Positions 53,664 through 64,000 of a stretch of DNA of 64,000 nucleotides are shown here, one piece after another. The translations under genes and the position numbers were made by a program. Source of the DNA: Nemertoderma westbladi (Eukaryota; Animalia; Xenacoelomorpha). The stretch is taken from contig JAUCBJ010004802.1 of NCBI GenBank assembly GCA_032718475.1, positions 1,012 through 65,011 of the forward strand, written 5' to 3'. How positions within the stretch are numbered: the stretch's first letter is position 1; the number at the start of each line of letters is the position of its first letter. The notes under the pieces were generated by a model, which worked only from the letters and a program-made list of their open reading frames with translations, was not told the origin of the DNA and did no database searches.

Positions 53664-54884
53664 ATTCTGTCTGTAATCATAATTGTTTCAATCATATCAT
53701 CATTATTATTATTTGCCTATATTAGTCATCAATTCATGGTTTTCAAATAATGGTATACACCTACTATATAGATTTCTTGTTTGTCATGTCTGTAATGAAT
53801 TGTCTGAATCATATTATATCATTTCATCATGTTAACCATCTTCTGAATTCATGCCACTTCTTTCACCTTTATTTGTTTTATCATTATTTGTATTTCTTAT
53901 TAAAAAAAATTTAATAACTTTAATAATTTAATTTAATAACTTTTAATAATTAATTTTAACACACAACGCTTTGTTGTAATAAAGAAATATAATTGTCATT
54001 AAAAATTTTTTTTGTTCATTATGTACACTGCCTGTATTTTTGTGCTCGAGTAAGTTTACTACTGCAATTAATTCACTATTTCTTTATTCTTCTATTAGTG
54101 ATTCTGATTTTCTTTGGACTGCATTGTCGCTAATTGTTAATGTTTATTCATATATTTATATGTTTAGTTCTATAGTCAATCAATACTTACATACATACAT
54201 AATTGATAATCAACATTGTTGAATAGCAATTAATAAACGTTGTAAAACAATCAGATAGCCATCGCCATCGCCACAAAGCCACATGGGACTTAGAAGCCAT
54301 TATAAGCGAATATATAATACATTAGGCCTATCTGACGACACACGCATACGTGTATGTGATATTTAACATACTCTTATGTGTTTTATAACTTCTTACACGA
54401 AAATGGGTTGGTAATGAATTTTCGTAATGAATATATAACAATACTTGAATGCTGATAAGCAATACCAGTTAGTTTTCCACAAACCATTATTAATTCGGGC
54501 CCATATCATTAATGTTTCTTAGAACGTTGACTATTAGTTGGAATTTCAAAATCTGCATGCAGATTCATCATATCTGTTTTTAGTTTTGAGATATTGAGGG
54601 AAATGTAATTGGGACTAAAGAAGTGGGCGTGGCACCAAAGATTCCTTTTAAATATTCACTATAATCCCTAATTCACAATAATGTTATTGAATACAAGGTA
54701 ATAAGAATATTTTCAAAATTACTATGATCAGTACACCAGTTGTACAATTTTCGAAGTGTGCTACTTAAAAATTGCAAGTTTCAAGTATCTGAAATGTGGA
54801 TGTTTGTTGGTATAGAAACCAGTCTTCTGTAGCTAATTAGATATTTTTCAAAGAGTTTTGCACAAAGTCGTTCGTACCGTACGA

Positions 54885-57800
54885 CAATCAGTACGAACTA
54901 TAACTGGTGGGCAGTAGGTACTTCAGCCAATCAGAGTACCCCATGTCCCGTACTATAACTGGTGGGCAGTAGGTACTTCAGCCAATCAGAGTACCCCATG
55001 TTCCGTACTATAACTGGTGGGCAGTAGGTACTTCAGCCAATCAGAGTTCCCCATGTCCCGTACTATAACTGGTGGGCAGTAGGTACTTCAGCCAATCAGA
55101 GTACCCCATGTCCCGTACTATAACTGGTGGGCAGTAGGTACTTCAGCCAATCAGAGTACCCCATGTCCCGTACTATAACTGGTGGGCAGTAGGTACTTCA
55201 GCCAATCAGAGTACCCCATGTCCCGTACTATAACTGGTGGGCAGTAGGTACTTCAGCCAATCAGAGTACCCCATGTCCCGTACTATAACTGGTGGGCAGT
55301 AGGTACTTCAGCCAATCAGAGTACCCCATGTCCCGAACTATAACTGGTGGGCAGTAGGTACTTCAGCCAATCAGAGTACCCCATGTCCCGTACTATAACT
55401 GGTGGGCAGTAGGTACTTCAGCCAATCAGAGTACCCCATGTCCCGTACTATAACTGGTGGGCAGTAGGTTCTTCAGCCAATCAGAGTACCCCATGTCCCG
55501 TACTATAACTGGTGGGCAGTAGGTACTTCAGCCAATCATAGTACGAACTATAACTGGTGGGCAGTAGGTACTTCAGCCAATCAGAGTACCCCATGTTCCG
55601 TACTATAACTGGTGGGCAGTAGGTACTTCAGCCAATCATAGTACGAACTATAACTGGTGGGCAGTAGGTACTTCAGCCAATCAGAGTACCCCATGTTCCG
55701 TACTATAACTGGTGGGCAGTAGGTACTTCAGCCAATCAGAGTACCCCATGTCCCGTACTATAACTGGTGGGCAGTAGGTAATTCAGCCAATCAGAGTTCC
55801 CCATGTTCCGTACTATAACTGGTGGGCAGTAGGTACTTCAGCCAATCAGAGTACCCCATGTCCCGTACTATAACTGGTGGGCAGTAGGTACTTCAGCCAA
55901 TCAGAGTACCCCATGTCCCGTACTATAACTGGTGGGCAGTAGGTACTTCAGCCAATCAGAGTACCCCATGTCCCGTACTATAACTGGTGGGCAGTAGGTA
56001 CTTCAGCCAATCAGAGTACCCCATGTCCCGTACTATAACTGGTGGGCAGTAGGTACTTCAGCCAATCATAGTACGAACTATAACTGGTGGGCAGTAGGTA
56101 CTTCAGCCAATCAGAAGTACCCCATGTTCCGTACTATAACTGGTGGGCAGTAGGTTCTTCAGCCAATCAGAGTACCCCATGTCCCGTACTATAACTGGTG
56201 GGCAGTAGGTACTTCAGCCAATCATAGTACGAACTATAACTGGTGGGCAGTAGGTACTTCAGCCAATCAGAGTACCCCATGTTCCGTACTATAACTGGTG
56301 GGCAGTAGGTACTTCAGCCAATCAGAGTACCCCATGTCCCGTACTATAACTGGTGGGCAGTAGGTACTTCAGCCAATCAAAGTACCCCATGTCCCATACT
56401 GTAACTGGTGGGCAGTAGGTACTTCAACCAATCAGAGTACCCCATGTTCCGTACTATAACTGGTGGGCAGTAGGTTCTTCAGCCAATCAGAGTACCCCAT
56501 GTCCCGTACTATAACTGTTAGACAGTAGGTACTTCAGCCAATCATAGTACGAACTATAACTGGTGGGCAGTAGGTACTTCAGCCAATCAGAGTACCCCAT
56601 GTTCCGTACTATAACTGGTGGGCAGTAGGTTCTTCAGCCAATCAGAGTACCCCATGTCCCGTACTATAACTGTGTAGGTACTTCAGCCAATCATAGTACG
56701 AACTATAACTGGTGGGCAGTAGGTACTTCAGCCAATCAGAGTACCCCATGTTCCGTACTATAACGGGTGGGCAGTAGGTACTTCAGCCAATCAGAGTACC
56801 CCATGTCCCGTACTATAACTGGTGGGCAGTAGGTACTTCAGCCAATCAGAGTACCCCATGTTCCGTACTATAACGGGTGGGCAGTAGGTACTTCAGCCAA
56901 TCAGAGTACCCCATGTCCCGTACTATAACTGGTGGGCAGTAGGTAATTCAGCCAATCAGAGTTCCCCATGTTCCGTACTATAACGGGTGGGCAGTAGGTA
57001 CTTCAGCCAATCAGAGTACCCTTATGTCCCGTACTATAACTGGTGGGCAGTAGGTACTTCAGCCAATCAGAGTACCCCATGTTCCGTACTATAACTGGTG
57101 GGCAGTAGGTTCTTCAGCCAATCAGAGTACCCCATGTCCCGTACTATAACTGTTAGACAGTAGGTACTTCAGCCAATCATAGTACGAACTATAACTGATG
57201 GGCAGTAGGTACTTCAGCCAATCAGAGTACCCCATGTTCCGTACTATAACTGGTGGGCAGTAGGTACTTCAGCCAATCAGAGTACCCCATGTTCCGTACT
57301 ATAACGGGTGGGCAGTAGGTACTTCAGCCAATCAGAGTACCCCATGTCCCGTACTATAACTGGTGGGCAGTAGGTACTTCAGCCAATCAGAGTACCCCAT
57401 GTCCCGTACTATAACTGGTGGGCAGTAGGTACTTCAGCCAATCAGAGTACCCCATGTCCCGTACTATAACTGGTGGGCAGTAGGTACTTCAGCCAATCAG
57501 AGTACCCCATGTCCCGTACTATAACTGGTGGGCAGTAGGTACTTCAGCCAATCAGAGTACCCCATGTTCCGTACTATAACTGGTGGGCAGTAGGTACTTC
57601 AGCCAATCAGAGTACCCCATGTCCCGTACTATAACTGGTGGGCAGTAGGTACTTCAGCCAATCAGAGTACCCCATGTCCCGTACTATAACTGGTGGGCAG
57701 TAGGTACTTCAGCCAATCAGAGTACCCCATGTCCCGTACTATAACTGGTGGGCAGTAGGTACTTCAGCCAATCAGAGTACCCCATGTTCCGTACTATAAC

Positions 57801-60800
57801 TGGTGGGCAGTAGGTACTTCAGCCAATCAGAGTACCCCATGTCCCGTACTATAACTGGTGGGCAGTAGGTACTTCAGCCAATCATAGTACGAACTATAAC
57901 TGGTGGGCAGTAGGTACTTCAGCCAATCAGAGTACCCCATGTTCCGTACTATAACTGGTGGGCAGTAGGTACTTCAGCCAATCAGAGTACCCCATGTCCC
58001 GTACTATAACTGGTGGGCAGTAGGTACTTCAGCCAATCAAAGTACCCCATGTCCCATACTGTAACTGGTGGGCAGTAGGTACTTCAACCAATCAGAGTAC
58101 CCCATGTTCCGTACTATAACTGGTGGGCAGTAGGTTCTTCAGCCAATCAGAGTACCCCATGTCCCGTACTATAACTGTTAGACAGTAGGTACTTCAGCCA
58201 ATCATAGTACGAACTATAACTGGTGGGCAGTAGGTACTTCAGCCAATCAGAGTACCCCATGTTCCGTACTATAACTGGTGGGCAGTAGGTTCTTCAGCCA
58301 ATCAGAGTACCCCATGTCCCGTACTATAACTGGTAGGCAGTAGGTACTTCAGCCAATCAGAGTAACCCATGTCCCGTACTATAACTGGTGGGCAGTAGGT
58401 ACTTCAGCCAATCATAGTACGAACTATAACTGGTGGGCAGTAGGTACTTCAGCCAATCAGAGTACCCCATGTTCCGTACTATAACTGGTGGGCAGTAGGT
58501 ACTTCAGCCAATCAGAGTACCCCATGTCCCGTACTATAACTGGTGGGCAGTAGGTACTTCAGCCAATCAAAGTACCCCATGTCCCATACTGTAACTGGTG
58601 GGCAGTAGGTACTTCAACCAATCAGAGTACCCCATGTTCCGTACTATAACTGGTGGGCAGTAGGTTCTTCAGCCAATCAGAGTACCCCATGTCCCGTACT
58701 ATAACTGTTAGACAGTAGGTACTTCAGCCAATCATAGTACGAACTATAACTGGTGGGCAGTAGGTACTTCAGCCAATCAGAGTACCCCATGTTCCGTACT
58801 ATAACTGGTGGGCAGTAGGTTCTTCAGCCAATCAGAGTACCCCATGTCCCGTACTATAACTGTTAGACAGTAGGTACTTCAGCCAATCATAGTACGAACT
58901 ATAACTGGTGGGCAGTAGGTACTTCAGCCAATCAGAGTACCCCATGTTCCGTACTATAACGGGTGGGCAGTAGGTACTTCAGCCAATCAGAGTACCCCAT
59001 GTCCCGTACTATAACTGGTGGGCAGTAGGTACTTCAGCCAATCAGAGTACCCCATGTTCCGTACTATAACGGGTGGGCAGTAGGTACTTCAGCCAATCAG
59101 AGTACCCCATGTCCCGTACTATAACTGGTGGGCAGTAGGTAATTCAGCCAATCAGAGTTCCCCATGTTCCGTACTATAACGGGTGGGCAGTAGGTACTTC
59201 AGCCAATCAGAGTACCCTTATGTCCCGTACTATAACTGGTGGGCAGTAGGTACTTCAGCCAATCAGAGTACCCCATGTTCCGTACTATAACTGGTGGGCA
59301 GTAGGTACTTCAGCCAATCAGAGTACCCCATGTCCCGTACTATAACTGTTAGACAGTAGGTACTTCAGCCAATCATAGTACGAACTATAACTGATGGGCA
59401 GTAGGTACTTCAGCCAATCAGAGTACCCCATGTTCCGTACTATAACTGGTGGGCAGTAGGTACTTCAGCCAATCAGAGTACCCCATGTTCCGTACTATAA
59501 CGGGTGGGCAGTAGGTACTTCAGCCAATCAGAGTACCCCATGTCCCGTACTATAACTGGTGGGCAGTAGGTACTTCAGCCAATCAGAGTACCCCATGTCC
59601 CGTACTATAACTGGTGGGCAGTAGGTACTTCAGCCAATCAGAGTACCCCATGTCCCGTACTATAACTGGTGGGCAGTAGGTACTTCAGCCAATCAGAGTA
59701 CCCCATGTCCCGTACTATAACTGGTGGGCAGTAGGTACTTCAGCCAATCAGAGTACCCCATGTCCCGTACTATAACTGGTGGGCAGTAGGTACTTCAGCC
59801 AATCAGAGTACCCCATGTCCCGTACTATAACTGTTAGACAGTAGGTACTTCAGCCAATCATAGTACGAACTATAACTGGTGGGCAGTAGGTACTTCAGCC
59901 AATCAGAGTACCCCATGTTCCGTACTATAACTGGTGGGCAGTAGGTACTTCAGCCAATCAGAGTACCCCATGTCCCGTACTATAACTGGTAGGCAGTAGG
60001 TACTTCAGCCAATCAGAGTACCCCATGTCCCGTACTATAACTGGTGGGCAGTAGGTACTTCAGCCAATCATAGTACCCGATACTATAACTGGTGGGCAGT
60101 AGGTACTTCAGCCAATCAGAGTACCCCATGTCCCGTACTATAACTGGTGGGCAGTAGGTACTTCAGCCAATCAGAGTACCCCATGTCCCGTACTATAACT
60201 GGTGGGCAGTAGGTACTTCAGCCAATCAGAGTACCCCATGTCCCGTACTATAACTGGTGGGCAGTAGGTACTTCAGCCAATCAGAGTACCCCATGTTCCG
60301 TACTATAACTGGTGGGCAGTAGGTACTTCAGCCAATCAGAGTACCCCATGTCCCGTACTATAACTGGTAGGCAGTAGGTACTTCAGCCAATCATAGTACC
60401 CCATGTCCCGTACTATAACTGGTGGGCAGTAGGTACTTCAGCCAATCAGAGTACCCCATGTCCCGTACTATAACTGGTGGGCAGTAGGTACTTCAGCCAA
60501 TCAGAGTACCCCATGTCCCGTACTATAACTGGTGGGCAGTAGGTACTTCAGCCAATCAGAGTACCCCATGTTCCGTACTATAACTGGTGGGCAGTAGGTA
60601 CTTCAGCCAATCAGAGTACCCCATGTTCCGTACTATAACGGGTGGGCAGTAGGTACTTCAGCCAATCAGAGTACCCCATGTCCCGTACTATAACTGGTGG
60701 GCAGTAGGTACTTCAGCCAATCAGAGTACCCCATGTCCCGTACTATAACGGGTGGGCAGTAGGTACTTCAGCCAATCAGAGTACCCCATGTCCCGTACTA

Positions 60801-61848
60801 TAACTGGTGGGCAGTAGGTACTTCAGCCAATGCAGAGTACCCCATGTTCCGTACTATAACGGGTGGGCAGTAGGTACTTCAGCCAATCAGAGTACCCTAT
60901 GTCCCGTACTATAACTGGTGGGCAGTAGGTACTTCAGCCAATCAGAGTACCCCATGTCCCGTACTATAACTGGTGGGCAGTAGGTACTTCAGCCAATCAG
61001 AGTACCCCATGTTCCGTACTATAACTGGTAGGCAGTAGGTTACTTCAGCCAATCATAGTACGAACTATAACTGCTGGGCAGTAGGTACTTCAGCCAATCA
61101 GAGTACCCCATGTCCCGTACTATAACTGGTGGGCAGTAGGTACTTCAGCCAATCAGAGTACCCCATGTTCCGTACTATAACTGGTGGGCAGTAGGTAATT
61201 CACCCAATCAGAGTGCCCCATGTCCCGTACTATAACTGGTGGGCAGTAGGTACTTCAGCCAATCAGAGTACCCCATGTTCCGTACTATAACTGGTGGGCA
61301 GTAGGTAATTCACCCAATCAGAGTGCCCCATGTTCCGTACTATAACGGGTGGGCAGTAGGTACTTCAGCCAATCAGAGTACCCCATGTCCCGTACTATAA
61401 CTGGTGGGCAGTAGGTACTTCAGCCAACCAGAGTACCCCATGTTCCGTACTATAACTGGTGGGCAGTAGGTACTTCACCCAATCAGAGTGCCCCATGTCC
61501 CGTACTATAACTGGTGGGCAGTAGGTACTTCAGCCAATCAGAGTACCCTTATGTCCCGTACTATAACTGGTGGGCAGTAGGTAATTCACCCAATCAGAGT
61601 ACCCCATGTTCCGTACTATAACTGGTAGGCAGTAGGTTATTCAGCCAATCATAGTACGAACTATAACTGATGGGCAGTAGGTACTTCAGCCAATCAGAGT
61701 ACCCCATGTTCCGTACTATAACTGGTGGGCAGTAGGTACTTCAGCCAATCAGAGTACCCCATGTTCCGTACTATAACTGGTGGGCAGTAGGTAATTCAGC
61801 CAATCAGAGTACCCCATGTCCCGTACTATAACTGGTGGGCGGTAGGTT
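54885..61848. repeat. 55-bp satellite (gtactataactggtgggcagtaggtacttcagccaatcagagtaccccatgtccc), >120 units with 45-bp variants
   Basis: Direct reading; recurring variant blocks. Confidence 0.96.
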
Positions 61849-62454
61849 GTTAGCGGGTGCAGATTTCCAGTTCACTGCAATCACTGTTGGTTGGACTAGT
61901 TAATCGCATTTCCTTCCCTTCAAACCACGGTCCTCGGTATTTCGTTGCATACTAAATGAGACTGTTTTATGATTCAATTCGAGTGCATCCCATATAACCA
62001 TTAACCTTATATAGGTAACCTATAGAGCTCATCATACTACTAAATTTGATTCATATGATTTTCAACTTATCCCTCGCAAGTTTTGGTAAGATTGTTTTTT
62101 ATACCACTCTACCCGTGATAATATCTGATTTTACAACTTGTTTCTTATAATTATTATTGGTATTTTTGTGTGAATCAGTTTTTTAAAGTGTTATAAATTT
62201 GGTTGGACACAGACAGCGTTGTAAAGTCGGCATTGGAGGTCTCGAGTTCGGTCCCATCTGTACGTTAATACCAATTTGTTTAGCTGAGCCCAATGTAAAT
62301 TTTTTAAATTGTAATTTACATAATATTTTTTAAAGACATATAATTTAATAATATAATTTAATTATTTGGCCGTTGAATAAATATTAGTGGCACATAATGT
62401 AATTCCCGTGGCACATAATTAATTTATTTACTAATGATTCCGTTAGTAATATAA

Positions 62455-62492
62455 TACACGTTCGTGGGGACTTCGCGCAGCACGAGGCCTAG
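62455..62492 (+). mobile_element. Helitron/Helentron-like terminus
   Basis: tcgtg...cacga hairpin then CTAG-T; reverse complement matches 3168-3197. Confidence 0.45.
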
Positions 62493-62712
62493 TTATTATA
62501 TACAAATTAAAATGCAGCGACTGTATCACAAAATCAGGTTTTGAGAAATTTACCCACACCACCAATCAATCAATGAAAGGTGGACAGTACGTGTTCACCC
62601 CTTTTAATCTCCCCCCCCCCCCCCCCCCCCACCCTTCCCAACCACCAATACATAACCGCGACATCTACCACCCACGGAAGGGTAGCACGAACTTATTTCC
62701 AATCGCACGTTA

Positions 62713-63002
62713 AATATGCAAAGCCAGGTGGTTTATAGGAATATAATAAACGCAGTACTCGTTTTCATTATAAGCCTCTTTGCGTTCGTCCTGTTTTGTA
62801 TTTAAATATATTTCTTAAACGCAAGCTAGGACGATCTTTATAATAATAATAACTAGGGATGCGATCAATATGTGAAGCCAGGTGGTTTATATAATAATTT
62901 AGTCAACGCAGTACTCGTCTTCATTATATGCCTCGTTGCGCTCGTCGCTTGTCCTGTTTTGTCATAAAATATTTTTCCTAAACGCAGACTGACGATCTTT
63001 AT
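62713..63002. repeat. Diverged ~150-bp tandem duplication
   Basis: aagccaggtggtttata...aacgcagtactcg..ttcattata...aaacgca..gacgatcttt twice. Confidence 0.7.
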
Positions 63003-63864
63003 ACAGTTATAACTATGCGAAGTTTCGAAACTGTGCGAGTAACTGTTGATACATCTATGTGGAGATGTGTGATATGTGGAGATGTGTGATACAACGCCAA
63101 CGCATCTTATGCCGATGTAGTAATATGGGTATTGAAATAATATTAAATCAATGTACACTCTTAAAGCTGCAGCGAAAAAATGTAGCTAATTTCCTAGGTT
63201 ACATATAAAATAATAATATTATTTTTAGAACATTAATTTTACTACTTTGCAAAAATTCAATTAAAAAATAACCAGACATATACATTGTGGAATAAACTAT
63301 TTCAGAAGCCTACAACAGCCATGCCATGGATTGTATTTATGTTATTATATCTGTCATTTAACTGAGATAGCAATAGTAGTAATAGTCGAACGGTTATGCG
63401 GCCCGTCCAGCCTATAATAAACACAATTCAGTGATTGGGCTGGAATAGCAATACTGGTTGCCTCTATTACAATTCCTCTCAGGTTAGTCTACAGCCACAA
63501 CTCCCAGCAGCTAGCTCCACACCAGCAGAGACTTGACCAATAATGGGAAGGATTAAATTTGTACTCAATAATTGTGCGGTTTAATTACGTTTAGATCAAT
63601 TAAAGACACATTTATTAAAGCAAATCACTTAAACTAATTAAAAACTATAATAGAATGGCGTATGGGGATTATATCTGTATAATTTTTAAGTATAATTATT
63701 TAAATCTTATACTGTAAAAACACTTAATTTCCTTTAAAAGGCAGGTTGAAAATGGCGTTTTCACCGCAATCAACTTAATTAACTAATTAACTGCTATTAT
63801 CTTAGCTTCTCGAAGGCCACACGGAAATTCTACTTGGAAAATTTCTAAACTTTTGCCAAACAAC

Positions 63865-64000
63865 ATGTGTACCAAGTTTGGATAGATTTCATCAAAGATT
63901 GGCCGAGTTATTAACGTTTAAAATTGAACACGACAGAACGACAGAACGACCGAACGACAGGTTGATTAATGGTACCACTACGCTAAGGCTCACTCACTTC
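63865..64000 (-). mobile_element. HINE-like repeat of the same family as 2850-3020, running off the window
   Basis: accaagttt..atttcatcaa..ccgagtta..(cgacagaa)n..aatggtacc..gctaaggct..ctcacttc matches the reverse complement of 2870-3005. Confidence 0.55.

Noticed and set aside
24821-61848. CRISPR-like arrays
   Set aside because: Units are head-to-tail with no unique spacers, no cas genes, eukaryotic context.
62200-62260. tRNA/SINE-like B box (gagttcggtccc)
   Set aside because: No convincing A box or cloverleaf.

Overview
AT-rich, repeat-dense eukaryotic (most likely invertebrate animal) genomic DNA with spliceosomal introns. No rRNA, tRNA or CRISPR array is supported. Left half: a three-level nest of retroelements. 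A compact 3.9-kb Gypsy element with identical LTRs (15984-19914) sits inside a non-autonomous BEL/Pao element (7122-21389), which sits inside an RTE LINE remnant. The BEL/Pao element keeps a long Gag-protease frame, has lost RT, most of RNase H and integrase, and carries an unexplained 3' accessory ORF with a very basic C-terminus that becomes contiguous when the Gypsy insertion is removed. Host genes: a probable CLIC-like first coding exon (2423-2464, minus), two paralogous phase 1-1 LamG/ConA-like exons (minus) separated by a ~10.6-kb 25-bp satellite, and a two-coding-exon Mn-type cation diffusion facilitator (39154-42981, plus). The rest is unrelated tandem arrays (16, 21, 25, 30, 32, 46, 55 bp units), Merlin-like GG...CC elements with 8-bp TSDs, RTE fragments, a solo LTR and Helitron/Helentron-like ends. 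All family calls come from motif recognition by eye; no searches were run.
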